A DNA stretch of 64,000 nt, from assembly GCF_018977255.1 (NCBI RefSeq), contig NW_024704742.1, positions 88,724,001-88,788,000 of the forward strand, given 5' to 3'. A program made the translations under genes and the position numbers. This DNA comes from Callorhinchus milii (taxonomy: Eukaryota). Shown piece after piece: positions 11,680-24,556 of this stretch. The notes below the pieces were generated by a model, which saw only the letters and a list, made by a program, of their open reading frames with translations, was not told where the DNA came from and did no database searches. Each line of letters begins with the position of its first letter. Position 1 is the first letter of the stretch.

Positions 11680-12160
11680 CCTTTCACACAGCGAGGATAT
11701 CCCAAGATGCTTGAACAATTCTGTCTGAGCATAAGATCTGAGAGTGGGAACTGAGATGGGTGGGGACGGGGAAGATGACCGAAAGCAAGGTCAAAGAGGT
11801 TTGTTTTGAGGCATAACTAGAAAAGGTTGGGGGGTGTGGGGGGAGCACATCACCTGGACTTGGGAATGGAGTTCTAGAGCAGGTGCCAAACAACTAAAAG
11901 CCTGCGTGCTGATGGTGGGGGAGATAGAGCAGGGATCAGCAACAACTTGCATTTATATAGTGCCCTTCATGCTGAACATGGAGTAGGCTGGTGTCAACTG
12001 ATCGAAGGAAGTGGCCAGGTTGGTATGAGTGAAGGAGATTGCGAGATAGGGATGGTGAGAAACAATGAAGTGATTCAAGTTGCTTATGATGGATCCAAAC
12101 AATGACCAGCACAAAATCAAGCCTGACCTAAAGGATCTCTGCTTGGAGGGACAGTGGTAG
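11680..12160 (-). mobile_element. Decayed L2 fragments
   Basis: L2-type tail (cctttcacac...gaggatatcccaag), G-rich reverse-complemented 3' UTR, second caacttgcatttatatag tail at about 11942. Confidence 0.55.
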
Positions 12161-15129
12161 GTTGCAGGGTTCTCACAGGTTGCCACAATGTATTGAGGAT
12201 TATTAGCAGGATTCTGTATTAGTGACTCTGAGGCCCTGTTAGTAAATCCTGCTGTAAACCCTCAGCATTTTCAACCCCAGTGGTTCCAACTTAGGTGAAA
12301 CATACAAGGTGCAAAATAGTTTTCTTCTGCACATGCACGCACTCACCCATGCATACACACAAACAAACAGAAATTGATTCAATATAAACTCTGCGAGATA
12401 GCGGACATATTCATTGTTCAGTGGTTTATTGTTGCAAGAGGAAGAAAAGAATAAATTGATCTTCTCATCGACAGAACAAAACGTGCTTTGATTGTGACCC
12501 AGGTTATTAAAAGAAAAAAAAGGACTGCAGTCAGCAAGTCGTGCGTTCGGAGTGCTGAGAGCAGTGTCAACAAAAGAACTCTCAGTCATCCCTTTCTTCT
12601 GGCGAAAGTCACATGCAACAGATTCCAAAAAGTCAACAAGAATTGGATTTGGACATTTGCGGGCTGATGTCAGGTTTGATGCCTGCAGAAGACTGAATTC
12701 CCACTGCTTTGCAGTCATCAAGATTATTGCTATTCAGTTATGCTTGAGTGAAAACGATGCATTTTCTCCTATGATGTATGTGTCACTTTCCATTAAATCA
12801 GAGAGGCATGGAGCTCCGCAAACTAGGGCAAACAGTGCTGCGTATTTGATTAGATCTCTGCAGTGAATAAATTTATTTCACAGCAAATGTAAAAATGAGC
12901 AAGGCCAAAACCCCTTAGAGAAGAAAATGTCACAGTGATTCCTAATACATTACTTCACGGAGAAATGGCTAATAAAACTCCTATTAGAATGTCATACCTG
13001 CTACTACAGAATTCTCTAGAAAGTTTATTTGATACGTCTAAGCCAATTATTAAAGTCTTACTGATAAGAAGCAGCTCAGTGGGCTTGAACATTGTCAGAA
13101 TAGAATGACTAAATTGTGTGCCATTCATGGGCTTCTGCTTTTTCTAATTAACTTGGCTCTATGCAGAATACATACACTTAAGAAACTAATTTTCTCCCAC
13201 ACATGGATTTCACGTCCTTGCTTTGCCTTTGAGAAGAAGTAAATGCTTTTTACAGGCAAATCTTTCCGCTGTTTCACAAAAGGGAAAAAAATGAGGAAAC
13301 GAAGACTGAACACCAGCTGTAGTTTGTCAGTAGCTGAACGACAGTAAAAATGAGATGTAAAGAATGGATCCTTCCACTGTTGCGCAACGCTGCTGATAAC
13401 CGAGTTAAATCCCCATTGCATATTTATGGCACATGAGATGTGAACTACTGCATTATTTAGCTTGTGACCTAGAAGACGGTCAACATACATCCTGGCGACT
13501 CAAGGGAAGGAGGGTCAATTGCACAAGAGCACAGGGCAGATCCGAACATGACTTTCTGTCAGAGAATGTGCTTGTACCTATGCCGGTGTCTGCTCCAGTC
13601 TCCTACCCTCCGCATTATCATGGTCTATTGTTACCCGTGCTTATGCTGTGCTCATTTAAAGTTTCACTTGCTTGTCAAGTTTTATAGTTTCCTCTATATG
13701 GTTAAGTCAATGAATTGGCCAACACATAATACCTTTAATCTTTTCAGGGAAGGAAGAGTGTACTGATAGAGGTGAATAGGATGACTGTTACTCCTAAGTT
13801 CCTTAGAACATGTCCTGCTATCGTATAATGCCTCAGTTAATCTCTTCTATTGCATTCTACACTGCACAATCTACTGTATTATTAACAGGAATATTAGTAT
13901 TCCATTACTATTGGTGCTATATATGGGCTAAAGCTGGAATTAATAATTTAATCACACTTATTGGATAACAGATTGTAACAATATAAAACTCTATAAAACT
14001 CACCCAGTTAACCCATCAGCACTGTGCTTACAATGGACAACACTCTGAATGTAATTATTGTGGGAAACGAATGAGGAATATAGATTGTGGCTTGCAGTTT
14101 AGTTTGAGGATATTCACTTTAAGTTTTTTTTCTTTCCTATGCAATGCCACCTCTGCAGTGCTTATTGCCTATTGTGTTAAGACAAATGGCAGCAATATTT
14201 TTATTATTCTAATGAATTCACTTCAAAATATATTTGCATGGAAAAACAGGAACATAGTAATAATAACAAAAAATAATCCTGAATAAATACATAATCTTTG
14301 CATTTGATGTAGCACCTTTCATGTCGGAAGGATGCCTCAGAGCTGTAAGTACAATACTGACTGTATACTTTGTACTGTAAGTGCATAGTGACTGTGTAGT
14401 TTGTAGGCAAATACACAGTCACTATACTTTACATTTAAATCCTAATGGGATTCCTTTGAGAAACGCAGCAAATTAGACCCAATATCGGTTTCACATTGAC
14501 AGACAAAAGTACCCGGCTATCATGGTAATTCCTTACAAGTCACACTAAAATAGGGGAAGGGTTAATCAGCCGTATTGCTTCTCCTATAGCGACGAAGGCT
14601 GGTGTTAATTACTTACTTTAGTGCTGCAGTTTTTAAATCAATACTTTCGTGGGGTTTCAGCAGTTTCCTACAGAATATTTTGACAGTCGCAAGGTTGGTT
14701 CGAATATTAAGGAAAATAATTGCCAAACCATTGTCCTTTGCACAAATCACTTCGAGACATAATATCCTTTCTGCTAAAAGGTTACAGCTGAAAGTGATTA
14801 CATGGAGTGTCATTTTTAATTTCATGTGATCTGCAGGAGATTAGTGCTTTGATTTCTCTCACCAGCTAAAATGCAACAGTGAACTAGGGTCACCTCAGTG
14901 CCCTGCGATCACCCTTTAACACCTAGAGCTGCCTCACACTTGAATTTGCAAGCAGTACTTCAGATGAACTTTGCCTGATCCCAACTGTGCTTTAACATAA
15001 GAATGGAATGCATCTCCCCTGGGGCAGAGAACGGTTAAAACTGCAAGTGTCAAAGTGGGGATACTGTAATATAAAGGCTGATTGTCATTGATAAATGATT
15101 GCATAATTCCTATCAAAGACTGGAACACA

Positions 15130-15975
15130 GGTTCACAAGATCACAAGAGCGGTTCAGATGAAGAAGGCCCTTTGACCCATTTGATCTCATTTTTCTAGAA
15201 TTCTGACTCTACAATCTCCCCATCACAGCATCAAGTTGTTTTTTAAATGTGTCCAATGTCCTGAACTCAACCGTTCTTCCTGGCAACCTGTTACATTTGT
15301 TAATTACCCTCTGAGAAAAGAAAAACCTCCTGGTGTCTTTCCTGAAATTGGCCTTTGCAACCCTAAACCTGATTCCTCTTGTTCAACTGTCTCGGTGTTT
15401 GGGGATTACTTTCTCCATCCCATTTAAAATCTTGCATATCTCTGTAAATGCCCTCCTCGCTGGTCTCTCCTCCACTACCATTCACAAAATTCAGGTCATC
15501 CAAAACTCTGCCGCCCGCATTCTTACCTGCACCAAACTCCGCTCCCCGATAACCCCAGTCCTTGCCAGACTGCACTGGCTGCCTGTCCCAGAGAGGATCG
15601 ACTTCAAGATCTTCACCTTTATCTTCAAATCCCTCCACTTTTTCCCTGAATCCTCCGCTTCAGCCACTACGCCCCGAGGCTCTGGAACTCCCTTCCTCAC
15701 TCCCTTCGCCTCGGCCCCTCTCTTCCTATTTTCAGGTCTTGGCTGAAGACCTTTCTTTTCGACCGTGCCTTTGGTCACCTTCCTCCCCCTCCCCCTGATT
15801 CGGCCCCGGGATGCGTTACTGTAAAGTACTCTGAGATGCCGTCCGGCGTGGAGGGCTCTATATAAATCCAAGTTGTTGTTGTTGTATAAGGTCTTCTCTG
15901 AGACATCTCCTTTCTAGACTGAAGAGATTTAACTTGTCGCTCATCATAGCTCATTCCTCTAACACTGGGGATCAT
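15130..15975 (-). mobile_element. CR1 fragment split by an L2 insertion
   Basis: CR1 3' end at 15130-15447; ORF 15775-15975 begins MIPSVRGMSYDER (CR1 motif) right of the insert. Confidence 0.7.
15448..15885 (+). mobile_element. L2 LINE 3' fragment (second tail type)
   Basis: NALLAGL..QVIQNSAARIL..LHWLPVPERIDFKI; tail gatgccgtccggcgtggagggctctatataaatccaagttgttgttg. Confidence 0.9.
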
Positions 15976-16426
15976 CAGCCCACTTGAGTCACAGTGACCA
16001 GCACTGTATGCAATACAGTTTGTGTGTGAGATCTGGGGATTTCAACTGAACTGATTTGATAGTATAGCTCAGCTTCCTCACACTGTCTTGACAGGGTGAG
16101 CTATAAGTCAACTGACACCCCTAGATCTCTTTCAGCTTCCTCCTTAGAAAGTTGTATTCGATAATTGAAATTACTTTATATTGTATTTGTCCTGTTTGCC
16201 TGCTCTTCACATGGGCATTAAAGATGCCATGGCACTATTTAAAATGAGAAGAGTTTCTCCTGGTGTCCTGACCAACAATTATCCAGATAAATTGACCATT
16301 CACTGCATGGCTGACTGTAGACCTTGCTGTTTGTAAACTCTTGGGTGTCATATTTGTCCACAAAAATGATCTTTGTATTTGACAGCAGTTACAGTGAAAG
16401 ACTTTACAACATTTTTTATAGGAATG

Positions 16427-16594
<168 letters not shown>

Positions 16595-17489
16595 GTCTCT
16601 CTCTCTTTTGTTCATTCCTTCTTTCTATTTATTTCTCTTTGTTTCTTTTTTTCTTGACTGATGGAGAAATTTGTGGTGAAATACTTAAGACAACTGGTGT
16701 TGTGTGGTAAATTCCGTAACTTGTATGATTAAGTCTGAATTAGGATGGCAACATGCTTGTTTTGTTCCGTGACCCTTGTAGGTTAACAGTGATGATAGGT
16801 TAGTGGAATGAACAGAGTCAAATCCATATTGAGAGAATTGTGAAGTGGGCTGATAGATGAGACACTGAGACACTTTCTTATATCTTGGTGACAGTAAGGT
16901 ATTCTGCTGTCTGATGCTAGGGCAGAAATGACTTATAGTTCAATTGTGCTTTAGCTTGAATCATAGGCACTGTATTGACCACAAAGCCCTGTCCTTCCTG
17001 GCTGAAGAATTTCAAATTGTCTTCAGAGAAGTTTGTATAACAATCAGGTGGCAATCAATCTGGTTAAGAACAGTGTGAACGAGATCTCAGCTGTCTATTT
17101 TAAATTCTTAGACTGAAAGCTAACCCTATTGTCAGCCAAACCAATATCCAGTGCTAAATGCATCCCAGCCCCTGTGTGAATGGAAGCAAAGATACACATC
17201 TCAATACAAGGTCCAGTTAAACCAACAGTGAGAGCAGATTGTAAACCTTGCTCCAAGTCAGCGACATTAATCTGCAGAGTGGACTGAATCCCTGCCAAAC
17301 TGAATCCTAGCACATAAAAGTAAGCCAGCAATGGAGTATTATATGAAACTATTGCTCATCCATCTCACCACCTTCTGCACATTAACCATGTGATGACTCA
17401 GTTCCTTCATTCTCTATTGCAATGACAATCATAGGTCTGTAATACCCACTTCAACATGTATTAAAATCCTTTCCGTGGAGGCTGAGTCA

Positions 17490-18088
17490 TCCATGGCATG
17501 ATCCATTCTGCCTTCCCCCACCTCCGCAACATCTCCCAGCTCCACCACTACCTCTCCGCTCAGGCCGCCGAGACCCTCATCCACGTATTTGTTACATCTG
17601 GGCTCAACTACGCCAACTCTACATCTCATGTCCTCTCCCGCACCAGGCTCCATGACCCTATCACCCCCACCCTTGCCTGGCTCTACTGGCTCCCCATCCC
17701 CCAGAGGATAGAGTTCAAAATCCTCATCCTCCCAATCAAAGCACTCCATAAAGCCCTCCATATAAATCTGTCCTCTCCCTCTGCTCAGCAAACTCCATGA
17801 CCCCTGACCGCCCGCCCCACTATTGGCAGTCTGAACTTCAGCCTCTCTGCCCCCACCCTTTGGAACTCCATCCCACAGTCCCTTTGCCTCGCTCCCTCCC
17901 TTGCCTCCTTCAAGGCACGTCTCACGACCATGCTTTTGGAGACTCTCCTACCTTCCCTGCCCACCCTGCCCTCCACCCCTCCTGAGCCACAAATCCCTGT
18001 TTGGGTCCAAATCTCTGACTGTTCAGCACCTTGGGTTGTACTCCCCACATGAAAGGCGCTATATAAATGTAATTTGTTGTTAGTTGTT
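17490..18088 (+). mobile_element. L2 LINE 3' fragment, diverged
   Basis: HLRNISQLHHYLS..AETLIHVFVTS..WLPIPQRIEFKIL; tail catgaaaggcgctatataaatgtaatttgttgtt. Confidence 0.88.
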
Positions 18089-18355
18089 GAGTCAAGTTTT
18101 CTTTGGTTATATTCTACTTCCTGTATATCTTTGTTTCTTTCAAATTCATTTATTTATAGGTAAGGTAAACACAACAGCATTTTGCTGTAATCAAATTAGC
18201 TCTGATCATGCCTTGCTCTGAATAATACTGTAAAAATGGGAATGTGACCACATTAAAAGATTGGGTACAGCCCAGCATCAGTTTAACCTATGAATCGCTG
18301 TATTATAAATTGGTTTTAGACAAATACTGACTTAAAGCATCCAAACATGATACAA

Positions 18356-18682
18356 GTGGAGTCCTGTAGCTCAGTGGTTAGAGCACTCACTTTGCAAGTG
18401 AGAGACCTGAGTTCAATTCCAAGCAGGCCAAACCTTGGGCAAGTTTCCTTACTCCACACAGAGCCTAATAATAATCCCTCCAAAATCAAAAACAATAATA
18501 AAATTGGTCATTTTCAATCTACGACTGTTTGTGGGACATTACTGTGTGCAATTGGCTGCCACGTTCACCCACAAATATACAGTCAATTCACTTTACAGTG
18601 TGTTCTGTGAAGCGCTTTGGGACGTCCTCCCAACGTGAAAAGCGCTATATCAAATGCAAGGATTATTATTATTATTATTATT
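18356..18682 (+). mobile_element. Young tRNA-Ala-headed SINE, full length
   Basis: gtggagtcctgtagctcagtggttagagc head, body, stem-loop and (ATT)n tail. Confidence 0.92.
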
Positions 18683-18998
18683 AAGCTGCAAGCTGTTGTG
18701 GAAGAATTAAACATGTTGAGTTAGAAACTATTTACAGTTGGGAACATGTTCCTTCAATAAATGGTTATTTATAGCTCAAAGCCATACATTTATGTGTTCT
18801 CATGTCCTTACATTCCAATGTACATTCTTATCTGTTTCTGCATTGATGTTGGAATGTGCCTCACATCTAATTACAATATTGAAGTGCTTGAAATATCATA
18901 AAAGCTAATAACAACAACTACAACAACAATTTGCATTTACAAAGCACCCCTCATCCTGGGTAGCATAACATAGTGCTTGACAGTGGCAGAGCACAAAT

Positions 18999-19430
18999 AA
19001 ATGATAATAATCCTTGCACTTGCATAGCTTTCATGTCGAGAGGATATCTCAAAGCATTTCACAGGATCTACTGTGAAGTGGAGTGACTGTGTATTTGTAG
19101 GCGAACATGGCAGTCTAGTTGGACCTCGTAACATTGTACAAACAGCCATGAAACGAATGGCAAAATGTATTTTGGGGGATTGTTTGCCAGGACACAGTGT
19201 TTTTGTTTTTGGTACTGCCATGGGATCTGTAATGTCCACCTGAACAGTCAGATGGTTTAACATCTTGTCCAAAGGTCAATGCCAGATCTCAAAGATTGTG
19301 ACAGTGCAGCACACGCCCAACATTGCAGTGTCCACATAAACTATGTGAGCTCAAGTCCTGATGCGGGGCTCAAACCTGCACCTTATAACTCAGAGGTGAG
19401 AGTGCTATCAACGGAGACAGACTGGCACAC
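18999..19430 (-). mobile_element. Old Deu-domain SINE, near full length
   Basis: Tail, core gccatgggatctgtaatgtccacctgaacag and head collinear with 6692-7113. Confidence 0.75.
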
Positions 19431-19769
19431 TGTGACTTGTTTGTAGGAATGAGCCTATTTTGCAGCAGAGGGCGATCACAGAGCTGTGAAAATGAAAACG
19501 TCCAGCACATGCTAGTTACCATTGACAACCGTACAATTTTTAAAGACCTTGAGAAGGTCAGGAAGAATAAGTAAGAGGGAAGCTGGGATATTCTTAAGAA
19601 AAATTACCATTGAGAAAAGAGCTTCTCGACACAATATGCCAGAAGAAAAGCCAGCCCAATTGGTCTTTTTTGATGTTTTGGCTCTATGCCTATACTTCCC
19701 ATCTGGCTGTTAAATATCCCAATTGATTCTGTCCCTATAGCCTTATAGTGTACTCCACGTATTCCTAGT

Positions 19770-19905
19770 TAAATTGGCTGCTGTGTTTCTCCCACAAAAT
19801 ACATAGACAATTCACTTTACAGTATATTCTTTGAAGTGCTTTGAGATGTCTCAACAAGACGATAAGGCACTATATCAAATACAAGGATTATAATAATAAT
19901 AATAG
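19770..19905 (+). mobile_element. SINE 3' fragment
   Basis: aaattggctgctgtgttt...aattcactttacagtatattc...aaggattataataat. Confidence 0.7.
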
Positions 19906-19989
19906 TATTAGACAGAATTAGGATTAATAGGATTAGTATTAGATTAGTAAAGTTGGACTTTGCGGGTTTCACGGTTTAAAGATTTACCA

Positions 19990-20474
19990 GTAGATTTACC
20001 AGGTTAGTACCAGGGATGAGTTACGAGGATAGGCTGACCAATTTGGGCCTATATTCTCTAGAATATAGAAGAATTAGAGGGGATCTTATAGAAACCTATA
20101 AGATCCTCAAAGGGTATGATAGAGTAGATAGTGGGAGATTGTTTCTCCTGGTTGGAGAAACTAAAACCAGGGGTCACAACCTTAAAATCAGAGGCCAGCC
20201 CTTTCGCACTGAGTTGAGGAAGAACTTCTTCACTCAAAGGGTGGTGAATGTATGGAACTCACTACTCCAAAGGGCTGTTGACGCTCAGTCCTTGAACATA
20301 TTCAAGACTGAGATAGATTTCTAATTGCAAAAGGGATTAAGGGATATGGGAATAAGGCAGGGTTAGGTTATTATCTGGAGTTAGATTAAAAGATCAGCCA
20401 TGATTGAATGGCGGGCCAGGCTCAAAGGGCCGAATGGCCTACTCCTGCTCCTACATGTTATGTTATGTTATGTT
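19990..20474 (+). mobile_element. CR1 LINE 3' end, well preserved
   Basis: ORF 20016-20324 MSYEDRL..LGLYSLE.RR.RGDLIETYKI..TRGH..FFTQRVVNVWNSL; 3' end gggccgaatggcctactcctgctcc plus (ATGTT)n. Confidence 0.92.
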
Positions 20475-20686
20475 AAACTGAGGATGCCAAGGCAGCCAAA
20501 ATGATGGCAGGATTCAAATATTGGAATAAGCTTATTCAAGCTGAGAAACTCTTCAACCCTATTTGTGCCCTGATATTGCTGCCATCAACACCAATCCTGT
20601 TCTGCAGCAGGCTCCAGCTGATCTCCCTCCACATCAGTACAGTAGAGGCATGACATTTGCCCATATCAGGCTGAATCAGTCTACTA

Positions 20687-20975
20687 ATTTTTTTTTGTTG
20701 CTCAGCCTGGTGTTTGACACATGTGGAAACCCATCACCATGCTTAAGAGGATCCAAACCAAACTGAGAATTCCATGCATCCCATCTATGGAAATCCCAGA
20801 GATAGATTATTGGAATGGAATGTGCATTCCCTCCCTGGAGGGACACATCCTGCTGACCTAATTCCAGGAAGTGTTGAGCCAGGTTGGCAAGAGTCAAGGC
20901 TTGGGGATCCCAAAGTGTACTGCTAGAGTCTAACCAGTTAAACTGTACAGCATGTCACTGATAGCAGGATGTTCA
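20687..20975 (-). mobile_element. Unidentified A-tailed dispersed repeat, copy
   Basis: Aligns by eye with copies at 32560, 41620, 47860, 52505, 54005 and 56652. Confidence 0.7.
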
Positions 20976-21613
20976 GGACGATGGCATGTTCGCAGGATGA
21001 AAATAGTTGCACAATCTTTCATATCTTACATGGTCACTTACAGGAGACCCAAGAATGAACTTCTGTCAATGCTGTTCTACAATCGACTGCCAGGACTTAT
21101 AGCATTAGTATGGATGTGAGGAAAGATGGCTCTGATCGTTCCTTGTTTCCTTTGGCAAACGGCCTGTCTTCTGCTTGGAAAATCATGGGCAGAAGCCTGT
21201 GCTGTATTACCATTTCTCCGTGGCACTGTATACTGTATCTCTAGAGCTTTGTGCCACTGTAGAACTCATTGTAACAAATTTGCTGAATGACTGCCTCTGA
21301 AAAGCTGGACTGCTTCCAGCGGAGAAGAAGAAAAAACCTCACCACATTCACCCTATTGATTCATTTCATGATTTAAAAAAAATTGGACCAGGTTCCCTAT
21401 TAATCTTCTTTTTCCAATTTCCCCTCAGTTGCAAACTCCATTAGTTGAGGCGGTTGGTGCTGGTCATTGATGCAGATAACCTGACAATATCACCCAGGAG
21501 TAAGCAAGGGGAAGATCCATGTTGAGTAGGTGCAGATAATGTTGATTTTCTTTCTCCACTCTCCCGAATACTACAGTCTTACAATAAACTTAAAGGAAAA
21601 TGGTCTGTGCTTT

Positions 21614-21861
21614 GAGTCCTGTAGTGGTAGTTAGCGCACTCGCCTCGCAAGCGAGAAGACCTGTCTTTGATTCCTGAGCATGGCGAAACCTTGGGCAGGT
21701 TTCCTTACTCCATATGCCTCTGTTTACCTAGCAATAAGTAGGAACCCAGTTGTTAGTCGATTAGCGGATTGCTTTTCAGGGGTAGCAATCCCTCCACCCC
21801 AAAAATGTTGTCACTCAACGATGTGATAAGGTGCTACATCAAATGCAAGGATTATTATTAT
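21614..21861 (+). mobile_element. tRNA-headed SINE, long variant, internally deleted
   Basis: Same head as the young SINE plus an extra gcctctgtttacctagcaataagtaggaacccagttgttagtcgatt segment. Confidence 0.8.
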
Positions 21862-22259
21862 AAGTCTAGGCTGGTATTGACCATTTTAGTCAGACTGGAG
21901 CACAGCGATTAGAATCCAGGGCTGGTAATGTTGTTCATTCCTGTACAACAAAATGAGCACTGCCCAAACTGGATTAGTTTGAGTTTTATTTGTTCACCAA
22001 TTTCAGTAGAATAATAAACAATTTCTCCTCTGACGTAGGACACAGACAAAATCATGTTTTAAGAGTGTTTATATATAAAGGGGAGATATATTGGATTGAA
22101 AGCACTTACCCCCAAAGTTTTATTCAGATAGACCCTATACTTATAATAGGGTTGCAAAATTTCTTGAATGGGAAGCCACAGCTTTGGCCATGCTTTGAGC
22201 CAGGAAAAGCACCTCGAGACATAAAGTGCATATCACATTAACATGTCTGCGGTGAAGAT

Positions 22260-22455
22260 ATTTTTTATACAGAGATTTGTTAGAATGTCGAATGCTTTAC
22301 AGGATTTGTTTAAAAAATGACTTGGATAAATGCTGATGGTGAAAGAGCAACAGAATGAGATTGGAGTATGTAGTACCAATGGGGAAGTTGCCACAAGCAC
22401 AGATAGATACTCTGGGTCAAATGGCTTCCTTCTGTTGTACGACACAGTTCTTTCT
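22260..22455 (+). mobile_element. Decayed CR1 3' fragment
   Basis: tttttatacagagatttgttagaatg...tgggtcaaatggcttccttctgt. Confidence 0.5.
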
Positions 22456-22734
22456 TAAATCTTCATGCCCTGGTTGTAAACTGGCAAAACTCATTTTGAT
22501 ATTTGCTGGAAGATTGAAATGGTAAGACTATCCTGGATCTCAAATCTTGGGGCAACAGGTGAAGGTGTGCCTTTCGCTGTTTAAGCCATCAATATGGCAC
22601 AGCAATGTGTTAATGCACGTGTGTATCCATTATGTCTTAACTCACAAGATCATCCACACAACACACTGCAGATGAACAACATACAGATCCCAATCTGTTT
22701 ACCAAACAATACATTTATTTTGGATGGACAGTTT

Positions 22735-23895
22735 GTGGAGTACTATAGCGTAGTAGTTAAAGCACCAAGCGAGAGGACCAGGATTCGATTCCCGGGCTGG
22801 GTGAAACCTTAGGCAAGTTTTCTTACTCCTCATGCCTCTGTTCACCTCGCAGTAATTGGTAACACAGTTGTTAGTCAATTGGTGGATCACTTTTTTGGGG
22901 GTAATAATCACTTCCCCCCCAAAAGAAAATGTGGTAATTCAATTCACAACTCTATGTGGTATACTGCCACATTTCACCCACAAAATACACAGTAATTTTT
23001 GTTTGACCCAGAGCTGTCCTTTCTCCCTCAAATCCGCACCACAACTGGCACCGCCTTCCATCACCTCCGGAACATCGCCAGACTACGGCACTACCTCACC
23101 CCTCACGCTGCTGAAACCCTGGTCCACGCCTTTATCACCTCAAGGCTGGACTATGGGAACTCTCTCCTCGCCGGCCTTCCCGCCACCTCCCTCCACAAGC
23201 TGCAGGTCATTCAGAACTCTGCAGCTCGTGTACTGTCCCGCACCAGGCTTCGGGACCACATCACTCCCACCCTCGCTCGCCTCCACTGGCTCCCCATCCC
23301 CAGAGGATCGATTTCAAGATCCTCATCCTCACCTATAAGGCCATTCACGGCCTTGCTCCCTCCTACCTCTCCGACCTACTATCCCCCTACCTACCTGCCC
23401 GTACCCTCCGTTCCTCTGGCTCCGGTCTGCTCCACGTCCCCCGCCCCAACCGCCCTACCATCGGTGGTCGGGCCTACAGCCTCTCAGCCCCCAGGCTCTG
23501 GAACTCCATCCCCCAGTGCCTTCGCCGCCTCCTCCCTTTCCTCCTTCAAGGCCGGTCTCAAAACCTTTCTCTTTGACCGAGCCTTCAGCTCCCCTCTCGA
23601 TTCTCTACCCCCTCCTCGCTCCCTCCCTTCCCTCCCCTCACCCTGACCATTTCCCCCCTCCTCGCTCCCTCCCTTCCCTCCCCTCACCCTGACCATTCCC
23701 CCTGCTCGGGTCCTGACCCAACTGTGCAGCGCCTTGGGACGTCCTCCTGACGTGAAAGGCGCTTTATAAATGGAATCTTGTTGTTGTTGTTGTTGTAATC
23801 CACTTTACAGTATATGCTGTGAAGAGCTTTGAGACATCTCAATGACATCATAAGGCACTATATCCAATGCAAGAATTATTATATTATTATTATTT
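22735..23895 (+). mobile_element. Long-variant SINE split by an L2 insertion
   Basis: Head and body 22735-22996; body resumes at 23795 and ends in an ATT-rich tail. Confidence 0.8.
22997..23794 (+). mobile_element. L2 LINE 3' fragment, young, with 5-bp target-site duplication GTAAT
   Basis: Nearly identical to 3288-4071; gtaat at 22992-22996 and 23795-23799. Confidence 0.95.
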
Positions 23896-24244
23896 ATATT
23901 TATTATGAAGAATTGAAATGCATTTTAATCCTTGCGCTGACAATATCTCCACAATATTTCAGTTTCTGGGCTATGTGGGTTCTGCAAACATTTTAGTCAC
24001 AGTTACATTGGAACATCTGTCACCCACACAACCTTTATATTTTCGTCTGCAATAAAAATGTATGTGTGTAATATATTGTACACAGAATCTCAGCAGTATC
24101 AATGTGTTAAAGCGGATATGGTATGAATGAACAGATCAATAAAGTGAAGTTATTTTCCAAATAGCAATAAATGAAACATGTAAATGCTATCTCACAGACC
24201 AGCCCTCATGCCATTAATCACTCAATCTTTGACATGTTTTCCCT

Positions 24245-24556
24245 TTCTGAGGCAGGGTGAAGTATTGGGCAGGCTTCCTTGCTCCATACATCTCAGTTTG
24301 CTTAGCAGTGAGTAGGAACCCGATTGTTGGTCGATTCGCTTTACCAGGGGAATATTCCCTCCAAAATAATAATAATAAATTGGTCACTCAATCCAAGACT
24401 GTTTGTGGGACACTGCTCTGTGCAATATGCTGCTGCGTTTTACCCACAAATTATACAGTCAATTCACTTTTCAGTATATTCTGTGAAGAGCTTTGGGACA
24501 TCTTGAAGAAGTGATAAGATGCTACATCAAATGCAAGGAGTATTATTATTATTATT
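24245..24556 (+). mobile_element. Long-variant SINE, 5'-truncated
   Basis: ctcagtttgcttagcagtgagtaggaacccgattgttggtcgatt segment, Deu-like body, (ATT)n tail. Confidence 0.8.
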
